This document shows positions 38,191 through 52,052 of a stretch of 64,000 nt of DNA, in pieces. The position numbers and the translations under genes are program-made. The stretch is taken from assembly GCA_964016885.1 (NCBI GenBank), contig OZ024740.1:387438001-387502000 (forward strand), in the 5' to 3' direction. Each line of letters begins with the position of its first letter. The stretch's first letter is position 1. Source of the DNA: Eledone cirrhosa (lineage: Eukaryota). The notes under the pieces are model-generated. The model worked only from the letters and a program-made list of their open reading frames with translations, was not told where the DNA came from and made no database searches.

Positions 38191-38320
38191 AATGCTAAAC
38201 AACAAAGTGAGAAATGAGCGAGTGCTTCTCCTGCTCGTCAACACATGCTTGTTCCGGTTGGTGTGGATAATTTTAATATTTGTTTTAGGATTCGATCTCA
38301 TCTTCCGGGTTTCTAATAAC
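38191..38320 (-). promoter_or_regulatory. Probable 5'UTR/core promoter of the host gene
   Basis: Immediately upstream of the ATG exon; two CCGGAA ETS-like motifs on the minus strand (~38252-38258 and ~38302-38308); CpGs in an otherwise AT-rich background. Confidence 0.4.
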
Positions 38321-40154
38321 AGCATGAAAAATAATCATATTATTTTCATTATTATCATCATCATCATCACCACCATCACCATCACCACCACAATCATCAT
38401 CATCAACATCAAATATTATCAGTAACAATGTCATCCTTATCAAATGAAACAACATTGTCAAACATTATATCAATTAGGATATTCTTATAATCAATAATTA
38501 TCTTGTTAATTTCATTTGAAGTGTTTAAAAAAAATATTATCGTATCAATTAAAAGCGATTGCATTGTTTTTATTTTATTCACATAAAGCGATTTTTTTCT
38601 TTATGAAATAATCTTACTGTCCACTTTAAACTTTGTTAATAATTGTTTCTACTTTAGGCACAAGGCCAGCAATTATCCAGTTCATTACTGGTACTTTATT
38701 TTATCGACCTCGTAAGGATGAAAGGCAAAGTCAACCTCGGCGGGATTTGAACTCAGATCGTAAAGGGACGTAACTATGCTGGTTACTTGTAAATACTAAA
38801 GGATTAAAAGAAAATAATAGTTCAAGGTCTTCACACATGTGGATGCAAAACACTGGACACATCATCAGTGATGTATCCTGGAGTCACTGGGTGTTTCAGG
38901 TCTTACAATACATGCCCTCTTCGAGGTGACCCAACCAAGGTGTTGGTCACTTCTCTTCCTGATGGCCCTCCTACTTGCTATTGGGAAATCCAGAGTTATA
39001 TAGGCTTTACTAAGGGAATGAGCTGCAAAACCTTGGCTGCCAATCTCCACTGGTGTGCACATGGTCCTCCATCCATTCTACAAGTGCATATTCCTTTGTA
39101 AGAAATAATTTCAGCATGTAAAAAGGTTGACTCAGAACTAATGTTCCCCTATTATTTAGCACATCTGTTTGTGAATATACTCCCAAGGATTCAAAGAAAC
39201 TAGAGGTAGTCTGGATCTCCAAGAATCAATTCAGTAAAAAGCAGAATGTGTGGTATGCTCTCCTCAAAGCAAAGACATATCCAATGTTTACAATATTTAC
39301 TTTTGTTGGAGAAGAATTGTCTAGTTAAACATTAACTAAAGAGCACTCAATACAAATGGCAGAGTAAATTAAATTATATAATGTTTGCAACAAAAAGAGA
39401 AGAAAAAAAGTTTAATTTTGAAAGTAAAGGGAAGTGAGGAGGGAGCAGCAGACTCTGCACCGTCTAGGTGGTATATCTCAGCTGCATCCTGCGGACAAAA
39501 TAGCGAAAGCATTGCCATGCAGAATAGTCAACAACACCCACTGCATCTCCACTCTACCTTACAAGGCTCCTGTGCACTCCTCCCAAGTTTACAGATGAAA
39601 ATGGCAGTTTGGGGACGAAGGACACCAGAGGTCTTGATGGTGAGTGGCACGAAAAGGAAGAAGTCAGTCAAGTTTTGGTATTTGGGTATTTGGGTATCTT
39701 CAGCTCCTTCACATTACAGGTGGTAGTGCCTGGGTTTGTGTTAGAAAAGGTGCCTCAGCACATGGCATCACAAATTAGAGAAAAGGGTTATTACAGCTGG
39801 GCACATGCCATCACCATGGTCAAGACAAACAAGCTCCAGTTGTAATGGGAAACCAGCCACATCATTGATCCTTCTGATGTTGTCATTCAAAGTGGTATAT
39901 CAAAGGAACCAACTTGTATTTTAGCAACACGAGAGCAGATGTAATTTGTTTCTAGACATGATCACTTGTCTGTACCAGGCAAATTAAACCCTTACTATCT
40001 GAGGCATGTAGTAGAATGGAAATGTAAGAATATAATTCACTATCAGAATAAGTTTTGATACCAACATGCCTAAAACCACCTTGGTTTTATGATACAAAAC
40101 TGTTTGTTTCAAAATGTTGATACTTATATTAAAAACCTTCCATCATGATTATAT

Positions 40155-40358
40155 TTAACCCTTTAGCATTTACATTACTCTATATATACTATTGTATTTT
40201 CACAGTAAAAACTTTATCTCACATAATATTAAATCTGAGATTTTGATATTATTTATTTTGAGAACAATACCTTAACATCAGTATGAGTGGCCAGTTTGAA
40301 CAGAGGGAGGTGAGAGAATTCTGACTGGATATAGCCGATCTAAATGCGAAAGGGTTAA
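40155..40358. mobile_element. piggyBac-type MITE
   Basis: ttaaccctttagcattta...taaatgcgaaagggttaa. Confidence 0.8.
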
Positions 40359-41039
40359 GACATTTTTGGTAAGCAATGTTTCAATCATTAGCTTACTAAT
40401 GAAAAGGTTACTTATCTTATTAAATTCTTCAAATTTTCAAAATTAATTGTTACACATAGGCAGTATTCTCAACATAATTAAAGATGCTCTATTTCTCCTC
40501 TCTGTCTCTTTTACTTCATAGGCAATAAGGCTCTAAACACACTGAAAACCCTCTTAAAAGAAGCCTGAGTCACACAACTCACTGCTGAACAAATAGAATC
40601 CTTCACTAAAACACTTGTCTATTCAGACATTTCCAGAGCTGCAGCCATCTGAAATACCGTCCAGCTTAAGTTTTTACAACAGATGAAGAATAATAAATGT
40701 TTAATCCTTTCTTGGTCATATTTCTCAAGAAATACATTGAATGTATTTCAGTTCACTTTAAAAATAATCAAGAATTTGGGGTTTAGAACAGTCTTTTATT
40801 GAGTTCATTAAAAAGACTGAAAAGTTCTTACATAACATTATTATGAAAGGTTTTAATCTAGATATGAGCCCATCCCCTGTCCAGGTCTGAACACAGTCAA
40901 TTTTTTCCAGAGAAGGAGAGAGAGAGAGGAAGTTATGTAACAGTTGCTGTCAACTATTTCTAGAGTCTTCTTAATGTTTATTTTGAAGGAAGTTATTACA
41001 CATTCTTACTATTAACTATTCCTGTGCATTCATCAAATA

Positions 41040-41900
41040 TGGCATCTACTTTACCCAGTCTACTTGTGATCTCACTACACTTCTTGTGTGTCCATAGTTT
41101 ACACTGGGTACACCATATGTAATTTCTACCTCCACCTTTCCTATAGGAGAGGGTTGAGAACTGAAGCTTGATAGGCTCCTATATCATCATTTTAGGTCTG
41201 TTTTTCCATGCCGGCATAGGTTAGACAGGTCTTTTCCAGCACAGCATCCCTCTACTTGTGGTCCTTTGCCATCTTCTCTGATAACTTCAGCAATTTGAGA
41301 TCAGCTCTCACAACCTTGGCCTAGGTCTGCCTTGGTATCTCTCTACTGCAGCTTTCTTCCACTGAAATTTCTTGGCATTTCTTCACCCAACGATCATCAT
41401 CCATATGCATTACATTGCCATGCCAGCAGTTTACTCTTCTGCACACTACATTTGATTCCTCTAATATCCAGCTTTTCTCTCAGCTATTCCATGCTTTATT
41501 CTTCATTCATGTTAACATTGCACATCAATCAGTGCATACTTGTTTAATTTCTAGCCTTTACATATCCTCTGCATTCATTGCCCATGCCTCACTGCCTTGC
41601 AACAATATGTTTCATACACAGTTATAAAACAGCAGGTCTTTCTTTTGTAGAGAGAAATCTTTTGTTATCAACAGCAGTAGTAGCTCCTACCTGTATGTTA
41701 AATTCATCATTGAACTCATTACTGACCCTCACCTTGTTGACTGCACCCCTGTACATGACTTCTACAGCCCTCCCAAGCCACCCAGCTAGTTTCCTTAGGA
41801 ATCTCCAGATTACAGAGTATTGAGCATTGCCAAAAGCTTTCTCCAGGTTGACAAATGCAACGTATAGGGGATTACTCTCAGCTAAGTTCTTCTCCCATAT
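41040..41900 (-). mobile_element. Highly degenerate RTE LINE pieces
   Basis: Reverse complement shows remnants of FVNLEKAF, the Cys-rich CTQCKLWTHKKC segment and the HGSE.W region. Confidence 0.55.
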
Positions 41901-42229
41901 TTTTAAAATGCTCTAAATATTGTAAATTTAATGCTAAAACTAATCATTTACTAAGAAACTAAATATAGTGAATAATTAACAGATATAATAAACATGAAAC
42001 TTTTTACTGGCCTTAGTTTCTCAGTTCTGCTTAGTATCTCATATTATGTTCACATCAGACCACAAATTTGGGTTACAATTATCCAGGCCATAATAGAGGA
42101 GTTTAAGATTGGCTGTCCATCTGAACTTCTGTATACCAATGACTAATTCGCATAGCTGAACCTGCTAAAGAAATACAGAGGACATTCCAAATGTGGAAGT
42201 AAAACTTAAAATTGTGATGTCTAAAAGTA

Positions 42230-42725
42230 AACCTAACAAAAACAAAAGTTTTAGTTAGCAGAAAACGACAGGATTTTACAACCATCTAATAACTGGCCAT
42301 ACTGAATATATAGAAAAGGAATAGGTAGCAACTTCATACACTGCACCAAATGTAAATTACTAGTGCACAAGAGATGCAGTAGAATCAAAAGCAAGCTGAC
42401 AAAGGACTTTGTATGTTGCAGACGCACAGGAGTGGTTAACAGTAAGAGCACCTATAGAATAAATTCTTTCAAATGCTTGGAGAGTTCACTAGAAGTAGTT
42501 GCTAGCTTTCATTACTTAAGTGATCAAATAAGCAGAAGAGGAGTATGTTCCAAAAGCATAATAAACAGACAGAGAATAATGTTTAGGGAGGTATTACCTT
42601 TATTGGTAAAACAAGGATTCTCTCTCCAACTGAAGGGCAGATTGTATAATGCTCATATACAATGTATGATTTGAATGGCATTGAATGCAGAGGATGTGTG
42701 AAGTTTGGGAAGAAATGAGGCAAGC
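42230..42725 (+). mobile_element. Degenerate RTE LINE fragment
   Basis: HKRCSRIKSKLTKDFVCCR..FHYLSDQIS..KGRLYNA. Confidence 0.75.
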
Positions 42726-43140
42726 ATATATTTATATATATATCATCATTACCGTTTTACGTCCGTTCTTCCATGCTAGCATGGGTTAGACGGGTTGTCC
42801 TGTTGTGGGCAGTGTCCGGTCGGCTGACCTTGTCTTGCTCATACAGGAACTGATTCTGGCTTGATTTCTACAGCTGGATGCCCTTCCTAACACCAACCTT
42901 ATTTACAGTGAGTGCTGGGTGCTTTTTTCCCGAGGCACCTACACGACCACTTTGCAGTGGAATGATAGGGACTCCAGTCCTATCATCTTATTTCTACAGC
43001 TGAGTAAACTGGAGCAATGTGAAATTAAGTGTCTTGCTCAAGGAAACAACACATCACCCGGTCCAAGAATTGAACTCACAACCTTTCGATTGCAAATCTC
43101 TAACCACTAAGCCATGTGCCATATATATATATATATATAT

Positions 43141-43832
43141 ATGTAATAGTAATATACGTGAACGGCAAAGCATAAACGAACTAAGGGAGAAATTAGGAAT
43201 AAGAGGGATCAGATGTTGTTTACTCGAGAGAAGACTACGTTGGTACGGTCACGTGATGCACATGAAAGACGACAGTTGTATAAAAAAGTGCAGGGCGATA
43301 AAAATAGACGGTAGCCACGGAGTAGGCAGACCCAGAAAAACCTGGGATGACTTGATAAATTCCGACCTCACACACTTACACCTCTCCAAGACAATGTCAC
43401 TGGACCGAGATCTTTGGTGCTACACAGTAATACAGAAGACCCGCCTTGCCTAAGTACAAAGCGAAACCTACAGTCAGTAGGCACCTAACAAAAATACACA
43501 CCCCTGTCCCACTACCCCCACCCCATCCACACCACCCCTTTCGATGTAAAGTTATGTTGGTACCACAACATCCAGTCCGAAATAAATGAGGTCGTGTAGG
43601 TGTCACGACAAAAAAAACACACAGTCCACGCTGTAATGTGGCTGTGTCAGTAACACGGTAAAAACCTCCCAGTCTACACTGTAAACGGGGTTGGTGTTAA
43701 GAAGGGCATCCAGCCGTAGAAAACCCGCCAGACAGTCCTATATGAGCAAGACAACCAATCTTGCTTCAAGTGGGAAAATTCCCGTCCAAACCCATGCAAG
43801 CTTAGAAGATGGACGTTAAACGATGATGATGA

Positions 43833-43836
<4 letters not shown>
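43141..43836 (+). mobile_element. Short RTE LINE 3' end with 3'UTR and (GAT)n tail
   Basis: RRLRWYGHVMHM, GRPRKTW; near-identical to 32790-33500. Confidence 0.9.
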
Positions 43837-43871
<35 letters not shown>

Positions 43872-45929
43872 ATTTCCGCCGGAAAGGTACAGGAAAAAAA
43901 GAGTGCTCTATGTAGGCTACAGAGCTTATTAGTTATGTAATAGACAACATAAGATAATTATTTCATTTACCAATGATTTCTTGAAGACAGGTGTTGTATC
44001 TGTCTTCAGTTGTCAGAATGAATAAAAAACATGGTGTTTTTATTAAATATGGATTTGAAAATAAAATTTAGGAAATATGACAGTGAGGCTGAAAAAAAAC
44101 AGGTGAAAAGGAAATAGGGAAAAAAAAAAAAAATATATATATATATATATATAAGGGCATGACAACCTCTCTAGTGTTAGTTAAGAGGCTGTGGTGATAG
44201 GAAGGGCATGCAACCATACAAAATTTGCCAAATAAAGGGTCAAAAGGACTCTTCAGCTGTGACATAGATATTACAACCTTAGTGCTGGTGCCATGATATG
44301 CACCAGGGTACTCTGTAGTATGTGAATGTAAGTGAGATGCAGACTCATCTAATAGGTCAGTAGCTCCAAATAAATATTAACCTGGTCTGTAACGATCCAT
44401 CCAACTCTTGATAGCAAGAAAAGTGGACATTAAATGATGATGCATATATATAGCATCATCATCATCACCGTTTAACGTCCACTTTTCCAAGCTGGCATGG
44501 GTTAGACAAGTTAACCTGTTGTTAGCAATGGCAGATCAGGTGACCATGTCTTACTCATACAGAACTGATTTTGGCTTGGTTTCTACAGCAGGATGCCCTT
44601 CCTAGTGCCAACCTCATTTACAGTGAGTCTGTGCCCATGAGAATTTGGTTCTTCTGTATTACAGCATAACGCCAGAGTTCTCAGTCCCGTGTCATCACCT
44701 TTGAGAGGCGTAATTTGGCGAGGTCAGCTTTTATCACCTCGCCCAAGTCTCTCTGGGTCTCTCTATTCCAAGGTTTCCATCGACTTTGAGCACAATAGAT
44801 ATAGATATATATTTGTTTTTCGTTTTTTTGTAAAATATAATATGTAAGGCCATATTTGGAATTTTTTGTTCAAGCCTGATCTCAACATTTAAGATATGAT
44901 ATTGGCAATATTGAAAGGGTACAAAAAAGAGCAACAAAAATGGTACCTGAATTATGGCAACAACAATAGGATGAAAGACTAAAAAACTATCATTAAATAC
45001 TCTTAAAGAAAGGAGAAAAGTAATTTAATTGAAACCTTTAAGATTATTAACGGAGAGGAATTGATCCAAGGTTTTCTCAGTTAAATAAAAATGAAACAAG
45101 AATATGTAGATATAAAACATTCAAAAAATATGCAAGAACAAATATTTGAAAAAAAGAAATTATTTTCTTAAAGAGCAGTGGATTGTAGGAATACTTTGCC
45201 AGATAATGTCATCTGCTTGACTGCTGCAAATAATTTTCAGAAAAATCATGAAAAAGTGTTAATTCTAACAAAACTATACACAAATATACTTTGAGCTCTC
45301 AAAAAGAAACAGCAATATTAGTGTACAAACAATACATTAAATCTTATATAGATTATGTCATGTCTACCCCGTCCAAATAACTTCAAAAGACACACACAGG
45401 CCACCATGGAACCTATTTGCTTGATATGCTAGAAGTAACAACAACATTTTCATCAAATCACACCCTGTTATTTTTAAAATGGAGGGACACATTGAATGAT
45501 ATAATCCTAGATACACTATTCCTTTCACAAGCCTCTACTAGGCCGCTTGACCTACAAGAACTAGCAGCCCAATTCCTCTCAAACCACATCTTATCTTCAA
45601 ATGATTGAAGAGTAAAGCTATGGAGTGTCTTCTTTGCCAGGGGACATCACCCTTCGATAGTCTGTGTATAAACACTATCATTACTTGGATTCATAAATCC
45701 CAACCACCAGAAATCAAATGAACACCTGATAGGATCTATTATGTCTCAATGAACCAAAGTATTTCATATCAACTATCAATGACATCAATCGGATAACATT
45801 TGCCTGAATTCTGTTCAGAGATTTGGGTTTGTCAGTTCCCGATACTGACAAGTTTAGATGGAAGCATGGGGAACAATCTGCGTCCGAGCGAAACTTTTAA
45901 CTCTCCCTTTGATCATTATGATCAATTTT

Positions 45930-46690
45930 CTAGGTGCCGCATACTTACTGCAAGCGCAAAGTTCTCTGGGGACTGGATTGATGCCCTGCCTGTGGCCAAC
46001 ATTGGTGGTCTTCTCCACCAGGACAAGTCCGCATCTCCATTGCACTCCGAGTGGGAGCCGATGTCGGTGGAGGTCTGAGATGTCGCTATGGTAAATCCCT
46101 CGACTCCACAGACTTCCATGATTTGTCCTGCCACCTGAATGCTGGTCGCTTTGTCCGCCACATCGAGCTAAACCTGATCATTAAGTGGGCCCTAGCTCGG
46201 GTAAATATGCCCCCAGTTCTGGAGCCGGCTGGATTATCCAGAAGTGATGGGAAGAAACCAGACGGCCTTACCCTTTGTTCCTGGTTAAGATGCAGGTGTC
46301 TCATCTGGGACGCCATAATCAGTGACTCTTTGGGCCGCTGACTGCGAAATTCTTGTCATCGTTGGCGGCTCGCCTTACTGAGGTGTCAGGTGATGCTCGT
46401 TTCAATGCCTTAGTCTCGCCATCACCCGTGGTAATGCTGCGATCGTATTGGCATGCCTCAAAATATTCCGTTGACCCTTGTGATGTGCGGCCGATTGTCG
46501 CACTTGGTGGTGAATTGATGGTCATTTTTGTTCCCTTTTTTTTCTTTCTCTTGCTCTGGTCGTATATTTTGGTGCGTTATATTTGTGAGGTTTCTAGCTA
46601 TAGTTAATTATATTTATTATATGTGTTTATATTTTCATTCTGAAACAATTTGTAATGTTATTTACACAACTGTGAATAAAGTAAAAATCC
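45930..46690 (+). mobile_element. CRE/R2-group (restriction-like endonuclease) LINE 3' fragment
   Basis: CRYG..DFHDLSC..RHIELNLII.WAL..LEPAGLSRSDGKKPDGLTL..WD; zinc knuckle plus PD-(D/E)xK RLE signature; internally deleted. Confidence 0.75.
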
Positions 46691-46713
46691 ATGAAATATC
46701 CAACGTCTCTATG

Positions 46714-46763
<50 letters not shown>

Positions 46764-46850
46764 GGAAAGTTATATTTAAAATTGTTGGGTTACAACTAGT
46801 AAATATTTATAACTGATATAAAAGCACTCGACAAATATTTGGAGTATATT

Positions 46851-47227
46851 TACAATATTAAATAAATGGAAACTATATTTATAAAACCATATTTATTTCA
46901 TTATATATATTTCGGGGATATCATATTAACAATATGCTATGCCTTCCTCAGACAAAATACAATATAAACAGTTTTATAGATAAATATATTCGACATACCG
47001 TTATAAACACCGACTTCCATTTGGAGAGGTTTACGCTGGCAGTGTAAACCTCTCTAAATGGAAGTCGGTGTTTATAACGGTATGTCGAATATATTTATCT
47101 ATAAAACTGTTTATATTGTATTTTGTCTGAGGAAGGCATAGCATATTGTTAATATGATATCCCCGAAATATATATAATGAAATAAATATGGTTTTATAAA
47201 TATAGTTTCCATTTATTTAATATTGTA
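46851..47227. repeat. Near-perfect 377-bp palindrome (188-bp arms, centre 47039); Penelope pLTR-like
   Basis: Base-by-base complementarity; I saw only two mismatches (47035/47043 and 47023/47055). Confidence 0.95.
47119..47184 (+). ncRNA. Type I hammerhead ribozyme motif (mirror copy at 46894-46959 on the minus strand)
   Basis: Stem I TATTTTGT/ATGAAATA; core CTGAGGA(A); stem II GGCATAGCATATT-GTT-AATATGATATCCCC; GAAA; short palindromic stem III; AUA cleavage triplet. Confidence 0.6.
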
Positions 47228-49896
47228 TATATATATATATATATATATTTCGATTCATCAACCATCATTGTATTTTGGAAGAATCCAACTTCAAGATAGT
47301 TAAGGTTTCCAACGTAGCAATATGCTCGAACTGCCACACTACATAACATATATGCTGCAGTCCGCAACATGATTTTCCACTAGGCGGAAGCATAATGTAC
47401 CTGGAACATATATGTGAATTATACGAGTATACACATCCCTATCCCCCCTTCTCTATATATATATATAACAAATAATTACAGATACATGTATACATGTAAA
47501 AGTGTCTATCAATCACAATTTTGCTCAACGAATGAATTACCCAAATCAATAATCAACTGGGTATATGGGAATGGAGGGGGACATGATATGAGTAATGGCA
47601 GGCGCGTAAGCTCGGAGTACCCATGTAAAGGTAGCATGAGACCAGCCAATTCCAAGGAGCAGAGACCATTGCAGAGAGAGGAGACATGGTCGTGAACAAG
47701 AGGTTGCAGTATTTGTAAGTGACTTCATGTCGAGCGGTTTAAAATAATAATGAAATAATGAATTACGGTCATTTCAATATTTTCTCAGACTTGTTTTCCA
47801 GCATCAGAAAATATTGCGTCAAATAGATATTGTCTTTTAGCGCCTATTTCATCCGTTTATAACTTCCAGTATGGTCTTTAAACATACTTCACTTAAGTTT
47901 CTGAATGCCATTTGGATTTAGAACAAATTTCTGATTCTCAATTTCCCGTAAACCTGCATTAATTCCAAAAACAATGTAAGAAAAACATCTTGCAATGAGC
48001 TATACCTTAATACATAACCCATTTATAACTAGTTGAGATGGATCGCTAATTAAATACCGATTTCTTACATTGGCCCACGGTCAAACATTTTAGAGAAGAT
48101 ACACTCGATTATATCGATCAGTATTTGACTGATACTTATTTTATTAAGCCTGGTATAATAAAAAATAAACTGAGTTTTAACTGAAACTAAACAACTAAAT
48201 ATTACAAAACATTTTGTCCATGGTTCTTCGATTTTGTCAACTCATACCAGGGTTTCTTTGCAGTGCCGAGATACGAACCATCGACTCTTCGACCCCTAAA
48301 TAGATTCTATATCGGTTTGACCAGCTGTAAATTTTAAGAAACTCACACCAACCAACTCAACAATAATATTATTTAAGCAGGAAATCTAAAACGAAAATAT
48401 AATTTTTTTAAAGATATAGTTCCTTGCAATGATTTAAATGAACTTACTTCGGTGAAAAATAGGAAGATTACTTCTGAATGCATAGAATCAACAAACGAAA
48501 TCAATTCAACTTTCAAGTTATATATACCCTATAAACAGGTATGTATACTGTTTCTTAAGTCGTCCCGGCTCTACAGAAGAGAATTAATAATGTGGAAGGT
48601 CCTAAAATCGAAATACGAAACTAAAATAATTTTACAATCAACGCAGTAAGCAAACCGTTACACGTTTATTCGTAGTCTTGAGGCATTTAAAACTCAAACG
48701 ACTTCTGTCAATAGAACTGACTTAACCCTGTGCTACCACATCTTCATCATTTAGTAGTGCCCAAGGTGGCTATATATTTTTATCGCGTTGAATTTTTATT
48801 CTTGGTTCTTCTAGACATGGTCCGATTTTCGCCCAAACTCTAGACGCTATATTATTGAAATCGAAAGAGAAAAGCAATCAGAAGAAAAACTTTAACCAGA
48901 AGTGTTGCAACTCAAAACGGAAATAGACTGATCTAAATAATTGTTTCTACTTTTGGCACAAGTCCAGCAGTTACCCCAGTGCATTACTGGTACTTTATTT
49001 GATCAACCACGTAAGGATAAAAAGCAAAGTTAACCTGGGCGGGATTTGAACTCAGAACGTAAATGGCCATAACTCTGTGCTGCAAAGCATGGTGCCTGAT
49101 GCTCTACTGAGTGAAATACATTTAGTCTGGCGCTGTGCTCCTACTACTTTGTTTAACCGTTAAATGTTATCAGTTCTGTAAAAGAGTTTCAACAGAAATT
49201 TGAGGTTGCTTTGAAGGTCTCGGTTTACCGGAAGTTTACGTGTTAATTTATAACGCTCGACATTACTCACGACAGCACATTAAATATCTTTCTTTAAAAA
49301 TGTCATAACTATAATTTAGTTTCCCTCCCACCCTGACTTAGTTTCCTTCCCACCCTGACTTAGTTTCCTCATAATTTTCTTAATATTTTTCTGTTTTTTA
49401 TAATTTTGCAGACATGCGTTTTCCTTGATGTAGATTACGATTATGTTTATAATATTTATTATTAAAAAAAAATAATTTCGTTTACTGAATAATTTCGATT
49501 TGTATTTGTGGTAAGCTAAACAAGCTCATATGTGTTTCATGAAGCCTTCCAATTTTATGTAGCGAATTAATGACACCGCTATGTTTACCATCTTGCTTCT
49601 TCATATTCAACAGTTTAGCACTCAAAATTCCCGCTAAACGAGGGCCAAGAAGGAAGCCTTGTTCTATTATAAAATTGTGACCAGTTAGCTACTGTTCTCT
49701 CTCTCATTATGCAACTCAGGTGGCAACAGTATGTTTGATATATCAATTTTTATCCCTTTCTCTAATTGATTGCTCACATCTTTAGACAATCAGCCTCTCT
49801 AAGATACACGTCCAGTCAATAACATACTGAAATTTTTTTTAATTTACAATAGAATAACATTTGCAAATAAGTTTTAAATATATATACATAAATAAC

Positions 49897-50081
49897 TGTT
49901 TCTACTTTAGGCACAAGGCCACAAATTACGCAGTGAATTACTGGTACTTTATTTTATCGACCCCGTAAGGATGAAAGGCAAAGTCAACCTCGGCGGGATT
50001 TGAACTCAGATCGTAAAGGGACGTAACTATACTGGAAAGCATGGCGTCCGACCCTCCACCGATACTGCCAATCTACCGCCC
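49897..50081 (-). mobile_element. Full-length tRNA-derived SINE with an 18-bp TSD
   Basis: TSD tatatatacataaataac at 49879-49896 and 50082-50099. Confidence 0.9.
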
Positions 50082-50099
50082 TATATATACATAAATAAC

Positions 50100-50790
50100 A
50101 TTACAAATGCGTAAATACATAAATTGCTCGCAATTCGTCCAGAAGGACATTACAAATATAATGTCTAAATCGTGTACGTGTATAAAAATATAATTGTTTC
50201 TACTTTAGGCACAAGGCCAGAAATTACTCAGTACATTACTGGTACTTTATTTTATAGACCCCGTAAGGATGAAAAGCAAAGTTAACCTCAGCGGGAGTTG
50301 AACTCAGACTGTAAAGGGACTTAACTATGCTAGAAAGCATGGTGTCCATCCTCTACCGATACTGCCAATTCACCGCCATAAAATATAATAATATAAATTA
50401 ACCACGAAGTGCGATAATCGGCCGCTTCTCACACCTTGGGGGGTTAACTACACACATGAGGCAAGCCAACACACTTGCAGCATTACTACGGGTGATGGCG
50501 AGGCTAAGGCGCTGAAATAACTAGGCACTCTCACGGGCATTACCTGACACCTCAGTAGGGCGAGCTGCCAGTGATGACAAGAACTTCGTTGTCAGCGGCT
50601 CAACTCCACCTATCGTCTCTAACGCCACAGGCTAGAAAAAATAATTATTAGACAAGTCCTGGTATTACCGAATTTTATTGCGTTCGGCAGCGGACGCAGT
50701 GACCCCTCCATACACATTCACCGCGGCGTCCATCATGTGGGAAGGAGCAAAAGAGTCACTGACTGTGACGTCCCAGATGAGACAGCTACC
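50100..50790 (-). mobile_element. CRE-type LINE 3' fragment, interrupted by a SINE
   Basis: Reverse complement reads CLIWDVTVSDSFAPSH..DAAV..AAER.KIR; 3'UTR similar to 54300-54370. Confidence 0.65.
50190..50378 (-). mobile_element. Full-length tRNA-derived SINE
   Basis: Same family; TSD-like ataaaa(a)tataat on both sides. Confidence 0.85.
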
Positions 50791-51236
50791 TCTCAACTTT
50801 CTCCAGTGGCAATCTGGTGCAGTCTGCGACTAATCCAGACTCTGTTGCACTTCGGTCCGAGGAGGGTAAACTCTCCAAATATCGGTCGCTCTCCGACAGT
50901 GGAAACCTCTGGTGTCCTTGGCCCTAGGTAGGACCCCCTCCCTACTCACCGCCATCAACACGGAGTTGGCTACCTGCAGGTGTGAGTCCCGCGAGCTGAA
51001 ATGGCTCTTCCAACGCGTCTCCCTCACCATCCTCTCTATTCTGTCTGCCAAGGTCGCGGCAGTGAGAGTTGGGGAGAGCGAGAGAGACGGTGGAAGCGAC
51101 AATGGGAATTTGATTCTTTTAACGTTCAGTCCTTAGGAATTTTTTGTTTCAGTGTTATATGTAGATGAATAACATATCTCTATACTTCTGTAATCCACCA
51201 AAAATATTAATACATTTTTCTCGCCCTACGAGTTTG

Positions 51237-51357
<121 letters not shown>

Positions 51358-52021
51358 ATTGTTTCTACGTTTGGCACAAGGCCAGCAATTACCCAGAGCA
51401 TTACTGGTACTTTATTTTATCGACCCCGTAAGGATGAAAGGCGAAGTTAACCTCGGCGGGATTTGAACTCAGAATGGCAAGGGCTGTAAACAATACAATA
51501 TAATTGCCTCATTACCAGAGGTTTCCCGAATAATACGAATACAAGAAATATATAAATGGAAAAGAATGAAACAAAATTTCATTTCTCACTCTTAGTACGG
51601 CTGATACCTAAATATAAGTATGTATACGTGCATACATATATGTGTACAGACGCACAGTAGTATGTATATATATACATACATGCACACATATATATATGTA
51701 CGTATGGGTTTACCGAACATTTATTATAATGTTCGGTTTGTTTGTAAACAAACAGCCCGAATTGCGCCGTACAGTGCTCGGCAACCATCGTCGCCCTTTT
51801 GTTCAACACTGACACAGGAACGACGTACTAGTTTCAAGCTTATTAGCTATCACCAGCATCGTATACCTTTTTGTCAGATGATTGAACGTCTGAAAGTATA
51901 TACTTTCCTTATGCATATATATATGGGGCTAAACTTTTTCCTATTACCCACTCTACTACCCTAAGTATTGAGTACTCTGGTGCGTTATGGTCCATCTGGT
52001 TCCTTACCACACCTCCTTCGT

Positions 52022-52052
<31 letters not shown>

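Noticed and set aside
38830-39900. Cluster of 65-113 aa ORFs upstream of the host gene
   Set aside because: No recognisable motifs or consistent splice structure; probably a decayed repeat.
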